DNA of 64,000 nucleotides from Lama glama (Eukaryota), in the NCBI GenBank assembly GCA_028534125.1, contig CM052816.1:33854001-33918000 (forward strand). Reading direction: 5' to 3'. A program made the position numbers and the translations under genes. Positions 1-12,589 of this stretch are shown here, one piece after another. Numbering within the stretch: position 1 is the stretch's first letter; every line of letters begins with the position of its first letter. Under the pieces are notes generated by a model. The model saw only the letters and a program-made list of their open reading frames with translations, made no database searches and was not told the origin of the DNA.

Positions 1-466
1 CTTTTGAGCACGCGCCTTGTCCTGGGCATGAGTGGCTTTCTAATTTCCCCAGTATATATGACCACTTTTGAATGCCCTAACTTTCCAAAGAAACCATCTC
101 CCTGGCTTTTCTTACCTGCCTTTAGGCAGTTTCTTGCAAGTCCCAACTGTAATTCTTAGCCCTCAGTGGCTGTGGGTTTTTCTGATCATCTTACAATGTC
201 CACCATTACCTGTATCTATTTCCTCCCTAAACAGCACTACTCAAAAGATACCTGAGGACTCTTGTGAGGATCAAATATGGGACTTGTAAGACTTTTACCA
301 GAGACAATATACAGGAAAACTTATATAAGGAAATATGTTACTTGTTTTGTGAGTCACATCACAGTTACCTCAGAAGGATTTTTAAAATGATGGGCAAAAA
401 AGTTTAACATATACATTTTTCTTGAGCTTCATTTCTACCTACAAAAATGTAACTTTTCTTTTCCAT

Positions 467-920
467 TGTAGGTGTAGAAAAATGTTCTCTTCCTTTCTAG
501 GCTCTTTGGCTGATCTAATTACTTAATTGACATGAGACAGAGTAACAGGAGAAAAATTTAGTTTTGTATGTATGGGAGCCCCATAAAATGAGACTTGAAG
601 TAGTGACCAGAGCTGGAAGCTTTTATATCTTTTATACAAAGAGACAGTAAATTTATGAAGAATTGACAGGCAGAGGGGTTTGTGGTTGGGGTAGTGGTGA
701 AGAAGTGACAAGGTTTATTTATGGACTCATCAGCCCTAAACTCCCTCTTCTGGTACAGGGATGGAACCCGTCACAGGGGAGATTTATTGCCTGCTTTTAG
801 AGGAACAAAAGAGGATCAGAGTGTCTTTCTGTACCAGCTGTTTCTCAAGCACCTTTAATTCAAAATAGTCAATATGCCAACATGGCATATTTGGGGGGTG
901 GTATATTCTGAACCCCTACA
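467..920 (-). mobile_element. Solo LTR, ERV1-like
   Basis: Inverted termini TGTAGG...CCTACA; 4-bp flanks ccat/ccac; minus-strand AATAAA at 783-788. Confidence 0.75.
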
Positions 921-949
921 CCACCAGCCTGAGTAGTTTTCTAGCTTAA

Positions 950-1002
950 GAAAAAAATACTGATTTTACTTCAACAATTTATTGAAACTTTTTGTATTAC
1001 AC
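950..1002 (-). terminator. Probable distal polyadenylation site of SLC25A46
   Basis: Minus-strand AATAAA (tttatt 978-983), an upstream UGUA element (taca 998-1001) and a downstream U-rich tract (A-run 951-957 on +). Confidence 0.6.
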
Positions 1003-4000
1003 ATTTACTGAAAACATTTAAAATACCAGTGAGACAAAAACAACTTAAAAAAAAAACACACATACAGACAAAACACCTCTTCTAGCTGAGGTAATTGTTT
1101 AAGATTCATTGTCAGATCACAAGTTTTTGTTACTCTATTATACAACTTGGTAGCATATCAGTGATACTTAATGACTCAAGAGAAAGATATTGTATATCCA
1201 GTTTACATAAGAGGGGGAAAGGGAGAGGGAGAAGAGACAAATATATTGAAATTGAAAGAGAAGAGAAAGCAGAAATGCCAAAGTTAAGTATCACTTAAAT
1301 TCTAGTGCAATGTGAATTGTTACCAAGGGGGTTTTATTTGCTTATATATTATTGAAAATAATTAATTCACATCTGGCTATCTTTTCAAGAACTGGCAGAG
1401 TAGTCTTTTGTGTTCCAGAAGATCGAGTAAGCAAACTGGGGGCAAACATCCTCCACAATCTCAGTTGAAAAACCAAGTATCAAAGCAGTGTGTTGTATTT
1501 TGTGAGCAGATACATGAATGTACAGAAATACTGAAGCATTTTTGTCCAGTCAGTAAAGTGAATGCTTCGTGCAGCTGTAACAAAGCCAGTGCTGCAAGGA
1601 AAGCTGTGAGTGGTCAGGCACATGTGCAAAAGTGAGCAAGACCTCTCACCTCTCCAGTTTTCTTTCTGAGAACACCAGCTAAGTTATCAAACCCCACAAT
1701 CCATAGTCACTTTGAAATTAATTTTTTCTCACTATTTCATCTTTACAACATCTAGTGCTGGAGTTTGGAGGCTTTAATTGTTTAAACCTAGAGATTATTT
1801 TTCAAGAAACCACAAAATAGAGAAGAGTGTCTCGAGGGAGATTTATAAACATGATTTAGTATATCAATTCATAAATTCACTTAACATAGTAAATTAATAT
1901 TTACCAGGTGTTTTAGTTTTTAATTCCTTTGCTTTCAGACTATCTGACTCAAGAAGCCCTATAATGTAAGGCAAGCACATTATACTTCAGCTCTATGGCC
2001 AAAATCTGGCTTATGTAAGAGGGTCATGGGTACTGGAGAACATTTTAATAGAATCTTATTCATGATACTATTAATCATAATGAATTAAAATATTTGGAAC
2101 TATTATTATCTTAGGAAATGTAGCCCATGGGTATTTGATTTTGGCACCGATATGCTAAGGAAATAGAGCAATTTTAAAAAGGGAGAGTATGTCAATGTTT
2201 GTTTCACTTACTGCTTTCTAAATTCAGTGATAACATATTTGGCCAGCATTTAAGTGCTTGAATTTTAAAGATTTGTAATATTTCAACTCATTTTGAATGG
2301 CACTAAAAAATTAGTGTTTTACTTGCCGCATTTCCATTTTAGTTTTAACATTAATTTGTATTCTTTCTCCAAAGAGACAGAAAATAAGACCAATCTACTT
2401 GTATGGTTCAGCCTATCAGTCTTGTAATGATTCCATGTTGAGACAGATTTGTATCACTGAATCTTCATGGCAACTTCTGTTCTATCAAATCATCTGGAAA
2501 TATCTAATTTTAAGCTGGATAAAGGACCCCACAGATTTTCACTAGTAGATACTTGATCCCATTCAAATTCTGTTCTAGAAATTTTCAGAAGTTTACTCTG
2601 GTCTGAAACCATCTTCTTTGATTATAATAAAAATGAAACGCTTTTAGGAAGTTGGACATATAAATATCTAAAAATTTACTTAGTAATTAAAAAAGAAATG
2701 AAAACAATTCAAATGTCATAAATTGGACAAAGTAAACCATAGTCTGAAAGAATAACTGTAAAATATAACATTTGATTTTATTTTTCACCTCTTGGTGGAA
2801 TTTAAAAATGGAAAACTTAGGTGTTTTAGTAATTAAAAAAAAACACACTAGACAGTATAGAGAGTTGGTACATATATACTGTTTTATGCTTTTTGGATAT
2901 CATTTTTTGGTTCCAATATTATTAATCACAAAAAGTAACCATCTCACTGACATTTAGCAAGTGAAACTGATCTCCATTTGTATGCAATCTAGGTTGGACA
3001 ACATCAGTGCAAAGTCACTGTACTTCAGCATGCTAAATGCTTCCTAGTAAAAGTGATGACTCACGTAAGGAAATGAAACTTCAAAACGTTTAATGATGGA
3101 TCAGTCAAATGCATATCATTTCACTATACAGAGTCTCACCCACCAACTTCAATTCAGGAACAGATAGAATTTTTTTTTTTATTAAAGTGATTAACAACTT
3201 TTTTGCTTATTACTTCTTGAAACATACTTCTTTTTCTCATCCATAAAAAGAAAGGACAAACTTCCTTTAAGGTTTCTATTTTTCTTCAGGATGCATCCAA
3301 GCAAGTTTAAATAAAAGGTGATAAGGATAATCCTGCTTTTTCCTTTACGTGTATCTAGTTACGAGAATTAAACTATAAACAAAAACTACAAGAAAGTAAA
3401 AATCGAAGCCATTATTTAATGATGACTATACGGAAGGCAAGAGGCACAGATTCCCAGGTGAATTTTAATCGTGTCTCCTCTAAGGCAAGTCATTCAAAAG
3501 TGAAAGGCAAGTGACACTCCCTTTAATAGACAGTTTGTAAATGTGGAAACAGGAATAGTTGCCATGATTATTTTGTATTCTATCTCTGTTAAGAGAGGCT
3601 CTAAAAATAGCCTGATGATTCATAAAACTAGGTAAGCAAATCAAACTTAATAAACCTATGATGAATTTTAAGTTGCTGGCGCTGAAACGGCGGGTTTGGA
3701 TATGGACAAATATGCTGTTTGCCTTAAATCATTTGGGTACCTTGGCTTTTCATGTTTTATCCTGATATTGAAGCAGAAGGTACATGACTTCATTTTATGC
3801 AGTAACCTGATCTAAGAGTGGAAAATTTGTAGGGATGAAGGAAATTCCAAGTTATATGTATGCATACAAGTGGCTTTATATAATAAATGTACAGCCATTA
3901 AAGTTATTCAGGGACAATGCAATTTAAAACTCTCAGTTCCTGCTTACAGACTGCCAAATCTAACCCTTCTTGTCTTTATCACTGATACCATAATTTATTT

Positions 4001-4434
4001 GCTTAAAGGTAAACTATGACCTGCCACTACACACTATATTAGGAATGGCATACCAGTATCAATCTAGAAGGCGAAATAAACATGTAATAAATATTAAAGT
4101 CAGATGAAATAAATTCATCTGTGTGAACTTTTGTTTTCAGTTTGCTGACAAATTTTTGCTTCTTCCCAACATCATTTTTAGTTCAGCATGAGTGCTACAC
4201 TAGCTAGAATTTAATTCATGAGTGTTATTTTTATTGTTTTCAAATTTGGAATACTTGGAATCCAAAATATATACCTATGCCTTTTTTAAAAAGTGAAGAG
4301 TCAATATAATCAGCGTGGGCTACCAGTTTTACTTTCTAAACCATTTCCCACCCCCACTATTTCACTCATATCCTTCATAATTTCGTAATGAAGTATCCAG
4401 ATGATGTCTTTTAGACTAACCAGGAGTCTAAATG
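960..4434 (-). other. SLC25A46: SLC25A46 long 3'UTR (~3.5 kb; distal end approximate)
   Basis: AT-rich, apparently repeat-poor stretch between the stop codon and a minus-strand AATAAA at 983-978; end inferred from that signal. Confidence 0.6.
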
Positions 4435-5013
4435 TCAAACACTATTTTGAAGAAGTGTAGAGTAAATAATTTTGGTAATCTGTAAAACAGCTGCGTGCAG
4501 CGTGTACTGTATTACAACAGCACCAAACCCTTTATAAAAGCCAAGCATTCCTTCCTCCTGCCTTATGGTATTGATACAGTCTCTCATTCCCTCATACTGT
4601 GTATTAATTGGAAGCACTTCATAGCCAAGGTCTGTATTGTCAATTATTGTGCGTGTTCCTTGAATGTGAAGGCGGTGCAAAACTGTTTCCAGTGGGTAAA
4701 GTATCACATCAGAGCAAAGACTGGCAGCAAAGTTAGCAATAAGCTCTGGAAAATAAGCATCCAACATACTCTGCACCGGGCTGGTGCTCTCAGCTAGGTG
4801 GCTATTGTAAGCCTTTCGCTTTAGAACTAGCAGGATGATCTTCTGAATGATGGAGCTGATGATGTAATGAAGAACCCCGTGCAGCACCGTCGGGAAGACC
4901 AGGGAAAGCAGCGGGAGCAGCCGCTTGCTGTGAGGCACTCCCATGCCTATCACTCTCCCAATTCCTTCTTTAATGCATTCCAGAATTCCAGCATTGTCTC
5001 GAATTATCTCACT
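4435..5013 (-). CDS. SLC25A46: SLC25A46 exon 8 coding part (579 nt; [23 protein letters not shown]...STLLQNSV*)
   Basis: Contains ORF 4435..4953 with the [10 protein letters not shown] and 'Y.G..DC...I.QEEG..GFYKG' carrier motifs. tttcAG acceptor at 5014-5015. Exon sum 1263 nt = 420 aa plus stop. Confidence 0.98.
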   Translation of the reverse strand, partial: SEIIRDNAGILECIKEGIGRVIGMGVPHSKRLLPLLSLVFPTVLHGVLHYIISSIIQKIILLVLKRKAYNSHLAESTSPVQSMLDAYFPELIANFAASLCSDVILYPLETVLHRLHIQGTRTIIDNTDLGYEVLPINTQYEGMRDCINTIRQEEGMLGFYKGFGAVVIQYTLHAAVLQITKIIYSTLLQNSV

Positions 5014-5339
5014 CTGAAATGAAGGTGATGAGATGAGGAAAGGTTAACGTTTGCTTATTCTGCCCCAAAGGAGGATTCTTTTTAGGTCCCTTTTAAATCC
5101 TAATAGACTGACTAGAGTGGAAAAACATCAATGGTTGGCAAACTTCGAACGGTATCCCAGCGTTAGATCATTTTTTTCAAATAAAACTTCACAAAACAGG
5201 TAGCAGTGAAGCTGGGACCTATTCTTATTGGGGAAGGGAAACAGCGGAAGAATGTGGAGGGGACCTCCCTGGTTTCCTCACCCTCAAGAAGCTCCTGAGA
5301 ACTCATTTTGAAAAGCAGTAACCACATGGCTCTAAAGAG

Positions 5340-6890
5340 GCAGCTGAGAGTTCTTAAGCGTGTGTTTAAACCCTGCCTCCGTCATGCACTTGCCTTGGTT
5401 CTGTGACCAAGGCAGGTTAGCTGACTCCTTCTAAGTGTCAGTTTACCATTCTATGGAAACAGGATTAGTACTACCTACCCTTTTAAGGCCAGAGTTGCTG
5501 GGGGCACTAAATGCAAAAAGGCCTGGTACCCAGAAGGCACTCAATAGATGTCAGTCATTATCATCTGCAGCGTCTCTACCTCTTTACAATTCTGGGGATA
5601 TACATAATTAAGTTTGATACGGGTTACAGAGTCGTGGACAGGCAGAAAAGGAACAGCTAAGAGGCCAATTTGGCTGCAGCAATGACTGAAGAGAAGAGCA
5701 TAAAATGAAGTTAGAAAGGTGGTCAGGGGCCAGACCACGCCACTGTGCAGACTCTGGCCTCTAGTCAGATGGGAACAGCCAGTTGGTTTTAAGTGTGAGA
5801 TGGACAAGATATAATTTATGTCACACTGTTGTGCAGAGGAGGATAAAAGCAGAGGCTAAGAAACCAGTTAAAAAAGTTACTACACACTCCAGAAAAGATA
5901 CAAGAGTGGAATGGACTAGCAGGTAGCAATGGAAATAAAATGCTTCAGCTGTGCATATATCCTAAAATTACAGCCAACAGGAAGGAATTACTGGTGGATT
6001 GGGGTGGGAGTATAAAAGAGAGAGGTCAAGGATGACCTCAAGGCTGTTGGCCAGAAGAAGTGGAGGAGCAGCAGTGCTGTTTCTGAGTTGGGCAATGCTG
6101 CTAGTGTAGCAATTTAGGGGGAGAGGATCAAGAGTTCAGAAATGTTAAGTGGAGTTTACATTCTAGACTACAAAGAAAAGGTCTGAGCTGGAGGGTTTTC
6201 AGTACACAGAGTATATTTAAAGCCACGAGACTAAAATGAATTCATGTTACCTAATTCATTCACTGACCTCTGGCCCCCTTGCCACTCTAGTCTATTTTTA
6301 ATACAGCAGCCAAAAGAGATCCTAATAAAGACATAAGTTAGATCACTGCTGCTCAAACCCACAGAGACTTTCCATCTCCCTCAAAGTAAAGGCCAAATTA
6401 TTACAATGATCTCCAATGTCTTGTATGATCTCCTCTCCTCTAACCTCTCAGACTTCATTTCCTCTGTTTCTCCCTTGCTTAGTCAGTTTCAGCTGTATCA
6501 GCCTCCTTTTTGCTCTTCAAACACGTAAGGTACAATCCCACCTCAGCGCCTCTGCACTTCCTTTCTCTCTGCTTAGAATGTTCTTCTCCCAAATACTGAT
6601 GTAGTTCTTATGTTCAGATCTTTCCTCAAATGCCCTTTACTTCTCAGTGTGGACTTTCTTGATCTTAAAAAAAAATAGTGACTGATCCTCCCTACATCTT
6701 ATTTAATTTCCTTGTTTTACTTTTGTTCTCTCTAGCACTTAGCATCGTGAAGTATACTTTATATTTATCTTATTTATATCTGTCTTCCCCGAAGGAATAT
6801 AAGTGCTATGAGGGCAGAGTATTTCTGTTTGGTGTGGTATCCCCAGGGTCTACAACAATGCCTAATATAGGTTAGCACTCAATACATTTT
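5340..6890. mobile_element. Cluster of degraded MIR and L2 fragments
   Basis: MIR core-like (tgtgacc...tcagttt...tggaaac) and L2 3'-end-like sequence (gagggcagag...gcactcaata); boundaries approximate. Confidence 0.55.
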
Positions 6891-8991
6891 AAAATTTAAA
6901 ACTTTTAAAATATTTTTTTAAGATTAGCAGTTAAGGAAGATTAGCTGAAAAGGTAAAGGCAATAAAAACCCTGATTTAATACTACACTGAGAAGTCTGAA
7001 ATTGATCTTAGGGAATATGGATCCTTAATCTGCAGAAGGATAGCTATAAGCCTTGCAACTTAGGGACGCTAATCTTGCACGAGAATGCAGAATGGACTTT
7101 ACAATGCAGGGGCTAGAACGAGGACTTTTGGTGAAGACGGAAGATCACTAGGAAGTTCAGACTTAACGGCTTCAGGAGGTGCTCTTTAGATCTATGTATG
7201 AATGTGTATTTCTCAAGAGAAAGACTGTTCTCAAAGACTTCTGAGCTCCCCAGTTGGGCAAAAAACACTGAAGCTGGAAGAAAGAAGCTAATGTGCTAAT
7301 ATAACAAGAAGGGATGAGAATGGTGGCCTCTCAGTGGGAGAGGCAGATGATCTCAGATACTCACTTAAGTTAGAACTGAGAAGGCATGATGACTGACTGG
7401 TTATGAAGGATGAAAGAAATACAAAAATCAAGACTTTCCTAATTTTTAAAATTCATATAAAGATTAGAGTTAAAAGGAGTCATGAGAGTAAATGAGTTCT
7501 CCAGGATAGTGAATATGGGATAAAAAACATAGAGGGTCAAGGACTGTGCCTTTGGAGCACAGGAGAAGAGATGGTAAAGAGATTATTAAAAGAAAAGGAA
7601 GATGTTCAAGAGAGTAAAATTGAAGAAGGGGAAAAAAAAGTTCTAGAAAATCAGACAAATGGAGTAAGAAGGAGGCAACTAGTAGGTGGAACCTGAAGCA
7701 GGAAAAAAATATCCACTCGGGGTGGATACTGAGTTTTTAAAACAAACAAACAACTAACAGAGAGTGAGCTGGGCACTTTACATAAATAACTCATTTAATT
7801 TTTATAATTCAGTTAAGACCATTTTTTGGATGAGAAAACTTAGAAAGATTAAGACATCTGCTTAAAGTCACAGATTTAAGTAGAGAAATGTGATTCTGAT
7901 ATGGGTCTGTCTAAAGCTAAAACTTGCTTCCCCCCATAAAACATGCTGTTTAGGATTTTTTTTTTCCTTAAATAATAAACTTCCTGCTAGTTTTTTTCCT
8001 TTTCTGTAAAATCAGACTATCTCACAGAGTGGAATGTAAACTGCAGCCCCATCTAAAGGTTATATCATTTCACATTGCCAAATGCAAGGAGACAGGGAAG
8101 GATATTTGGGTCACAAGACATTAACTTCAGTTAATAATTCTAAAAAATAAATACATAAAAAAATCAATGTTGGGGCCAGAAAAGCAATTAAGTGGAAAAG
8201 AGTAGAAGAGGAAAGGCTGATCCAGTGAGGTTTTTGTAGACAGAGGAAGCTCATACACAATGAAGACAAAAATATGCTAGAGGATCTGATGTTGAAGACA
8301 GAAGACAGGTGGGAGACAACTAGCTGGATTTTGTGTATAGGTAAAGTTAAACTATCTCACAGGTTTAAATATTGGAATGGTGAGGTGAGAAAAGTATCTT
8401 AATTCAGTATACTCGAAGCGCCACCATGTGGTTAGAAATAGTAAAACAATTTAAAATGCCAGCGGGAGATTGCTTTAGCTTTGTACACTTAACACAGCAT
8501 AAAATCAAATGTTCCTTAAAAGGAGTATTTAAAAAGAACGCTGTTAGTAAACTACCTATGGAGACTACCTTCTCACTGTTAGGATTATTATCCATCATGT
8601 TTTATACTCAGGTAATTAGTAATTTACTGTCCCATAAGCCATAACCATTTGAGTTATAAGAGGGTCTTAAAAAGTTGAAAAAAATCCCCATAGATTTTTT
8701 GTATTCAGAGCAAGTCATAGATTGGGTTCTGAGATTTCTAAATGAAGAATATAGCAGCCTATGTAAGGGATAAAAAGAATGAAAAGTAGAAGTGTGAAGT
8801 AAATTTGCAAAGGAAATAAGACATACCAGCAATGTGCCTGGTATATAATCTTTGATATATATGTGGTATCTGCGAGATAAAAAGTTTAAAAGGATGCTGT
8901 GTTAAATTTTTGTTACTCTGTCAGACATATGCAATATATTGGATATTCTAAAACAGTTTTAATTAAAAAATGACAATAAAAAATAGCTCAC

Positions 8992-9049
8992 CTGTACTGT
9001 TTCAATTAGACTTGCTGAATAAAAAGGCATTGCCACTATATAAGTTAGT
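8992..9049 (-). CDS. SLC25A46: SLC25A46 exon 7 (58 nt; LTYIVAMPFYSASLIETVQ)
   Basis: ttctacAG acceptor and CAG|GTGAGC donor. Confidence 0.96.
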
Positions 9050-10231
9050 CTGTAGAAATTAAAACAAACTTATCAGTATACTGAAACAAGATGCTTACAC
9101 TAACTTTTAAAATATCTACTTTAATATCAACATAATTCATATTCAAGTATAAATAATATTTTTAAGGTTTTTAACTATTAATACCTATAGCCTAAAGATA
9201 CATCAGAGACCTGTAACATAAGATGCTTATTAATAGTAACACAGGGACAGCCTGCAAAGAAAATAATTTTATTTTAAACCAGTAAAATGTAGGCTTGTCT
9301 ATGATTCATGTTTGGGCATCTACCTGCTTATAGCTAATGTAGCCTATAAATCTGATATGTAAAATTAGGAAGAGGGATCCATTCCATTGCTCGCATTTTC
9401 AGTGATCTCTGAACAAGTCTACTGTTCTATTGTCCTATTTATTACCATTATCCATTCCCAGATTTCCCACCCAGCAGAGCTAGGCCAGTTTCCAATGGTG
9501 AGTGAAGTCCCCTTTTATTATTAAAAAACAATATTGTACAGCTTTGCAAAGTTGCTTCCTATTGTCACTATTTAGACATAGTAATATTACAACTTTGCAA
9601 GCCTGCAAAATATAGTTATTTAAAATAATATCAAGGTGGGACTTACCTAACCCTATGGGCCAGGTCCTGGCAAGTAGTGGTTTTCAAGGTGAATGGAACA
9701 TCACTAAGTAATAATGTGCTGGAATGTCCCACAGAGGGAGCCAGCAAGCTGGGGGGTTTCCAATTCACAATCTTCAAAAAAAATTGAAAAGTGAAGAGTA
9801 AAATTCTAATCTACAAAAATGGTCAGTGTTGTAATGTCACTACGTGCCCTTAAGACTACACTGTAATGACACTAAGGTTTTGAGTTTGCTCATCACCATA
9901 CAAATAAATTTGTATGTATGTCTGCTTACTAATAAAATAATAACATAATAATCATAATTTTCCTGGCAATTTGGGTTCAACAAGTTGAAGACCTTTGAAA
10001 AATTAGGTTGTGATTTCAGCCTTTCAAATTAGAAAGATTATTTAAAAGATAATGTACATTTCAGGATTTTATTCCTTAACTGTTTGTTACTTTTCTTATG
10101 AAGTTCTAGTCCCACAAATATTTCATTGCTCTACTTTCCTTCACTACATTTATTTAATAAGATTTTTTTCATTTCTAACACTATGAAAACTGATGGAAAA
10201 TTTCAATATAAATGCTGCTTTTGATACTTAC

Positions 10232-10288
10232 GATTTCAGTAGAAGGTGTTCTCCTATTTGTTTAGGATTCCATTTATGTGAAATCTCC
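10232..10288 (-). CDS. SLC25A46: SLC25A46 exon 6 (57 nt; EISHKWNPKQIGEHLLLKS)
   Basis: tttttAG acceptor and GTAAGT donor; phase 2/2. Confidence 0.95.
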
Positions 10289-10809
10289 CTAAAAAATAAA
10301 TTTAAATAAAACAAAAGCCATGTTATCTAAAACATCTTGAATTAGCCCAAATTTCAAAAAGGTAACCAATTTAAAAATATTTTTTTAATCTGCAGGAGAA
10401 ATACATTCTAATGGTGAATATTTTTCTCTCGGGACAGCCACCAAACGATTTTAATGGGATGAAAAGAAAAAATATATAAGGTCTTTCTGTATGAGCTGAC
10501 AGATGGGGCTGATAGGGGAGGAAGAGTTACAACTGATTATAACAATGAACATGAGACATTAGAGGAGGAGATGCAAAAATGACAGACTGAGGAAAACAGA
10601 ATGGATGGGAAAGAGAAGCAAACAAAAAAAACAGGATAAAGTAAGAAAAAAGTTTTAAAATGTATGTTAAGAATGAGAATTAAAAAAAAAACAGAACAAA
10701 ATTAAGTAACTGTAATGCAGAATGACATACACATTTGTGTAGCACCTAATTTCCAAAGTGCCTTTACTTATTATGATGACATTACTTCAGTAACCTTTAT
10801 TAGATTCTG

Positions 10810-11010
10810 TTATCTTTTTGAGCTCCTACCGTATGCCAGGCATTGTGCAAAGTGCTTTGCATGAATTACTTCTAACCCTCACAATGACCCCATTACCCCT
10901 TTTCATAGATAAGGAAATAGGCTCAGAGAGGTTCATAACTTACCCAAAGCCATGCAACTAGTTAGTGGTGGAAATGGGTCTAAACCCTGGTCTCTATGAC
11001 TCTGTACTCA
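10810..11010 (-). mobile_element. MIR SINE
   Basis: tgccaggcattgtgc...cccttttcatagataaggaaataggctcagagaggttcataacttacccaaagccatgcaactagttagtgg matches the MIR core as recalled. Confidence 0.75.
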
Positions 11011-12589
11011 ACCTGCCTGCCTCTCATCTCACTTGATACAGGAAGGAATCCTGGGAGATATGCAGAGCAGATATTGTTGTATTTCTTTTACTTATGAGAA
11101 AAGTGAAGGTCAAAAAGATCAGAGAGATATGTCAAAGGAGACAGGGAAAATGCCAGGTCAGGAGCCAAGGTCTAGGACTGTGAGCTTCCTGCTATTTAGA
11201 TGACTTCTGGAAACCATAAAAAGAGAAGAAACAGAAGAGAGGCAAGCTGAATGAAGGACAAAAAGGGAGACAGTTAAACGAAGAGGAAAGTCAAAAAGGA
11301 GAAAAGAAAATGGAGAGGAAAAGGGAAAGTAAGTAAGGATGCAGAAAAAAATGAAAGGGCAGACAGAGGGCATGGAAGAGAGGGGAAGCAGAAAGGCAGA
11401 GTAACAGAGAAAAGGAGAAGGAGTGTGCAATCAAGGGGAGACCGGCTGCCACCAGCTCCCCGATGACACTGGCGCCCACTGTACCACGGCCACGGCAGGT
11501 ACCTGAGAAAAACATTTTCTATTTGAAATGAGTAAATATGACAAGCGTGAAGAAGTAAAGGAATAAATATATTTTATATTAAAAAGGTGAAGAAAATGAA
11601 TCACTAATAATGTAAGTGTTCGAAAAGGAAATTCAGTACACTTAGAGCATGGGTGGTATGTGAACTTTTCTACATGTTTCTAGGAGACTGAAAAGTCTGC
11701 AGAGAAACTTTCAGCCAACAGAACAATCACCTTGGATTTATAAGACCTTTTGAGAGTGTTCTGGGTCATTCTGATTAAATTAATACCAGAATACTATATT
11801 AGGCCTGAACAACTACAGAAAAATATAGCTGGAATAACATTTAATGATCCTGATGAAAAATTAAGCCACCCATCTTATTGACAGTGACTTTATTATTATA
11901 AAACAAAATATGCTAAATGGTTTGTAAGTCATCTGGCACTGCTATTATTCTAATTACTATGGCCTCAGAAAGGGTTACCACAGGTTATCATTGCATTAAT
12001 TTTGAAACTGTTGTTAACATTATGGAGAGATGGGTCTGTAACGTGTGGTTCTGTAAGGACTGGACCAACTCTCCTTTCAATACTGATTACTACTGCCAAT
12101 TCTTAAGATCATTATGATTCTTAAGGTAAAAAGAGTGAAAAAAGAAATTTAAAATTAAGTATTAAAAAAGCCTAAGACACTTTTCCTTGTACCTGCTCTC
12201 TGCTCCTTTACAAAATGGGCCACAGCTCTAGAAATTTAAATTAGCACATATAAATGCTTCAGGAAAGAGGGTAGTGTAAAAACCTACTTGCGATTAAACT
12301 TCTTTTATATTTCATTACAATGCCAAAATATGTAAATATATTTAATTCACTATTTTTACAAGCTAAAGCTGCCCTTCAAATGGGCAACAAAATTGAGAAG
12401 CGACTTGCTTTTTATAGTTTTCCATTTGACAGACTAACACATATTCACATGTATAATCAATATATAGAAGCAACAGAATTTTTAAGTAACTCTTTATGCA
12501 GTCTTCACTTTCCAGTGCCTCTTATTTTCCCATGCTCAAATAGCCTCCCTCTTAAAAAAGAAAACATCTTCCCTCAACCTAACCGAAAC

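Noticed and set aside
4495..4797. 100-aa ORF antisense to SLC25A46 exon 8
   Set aside because: Shadow ORF of a real coding exon.
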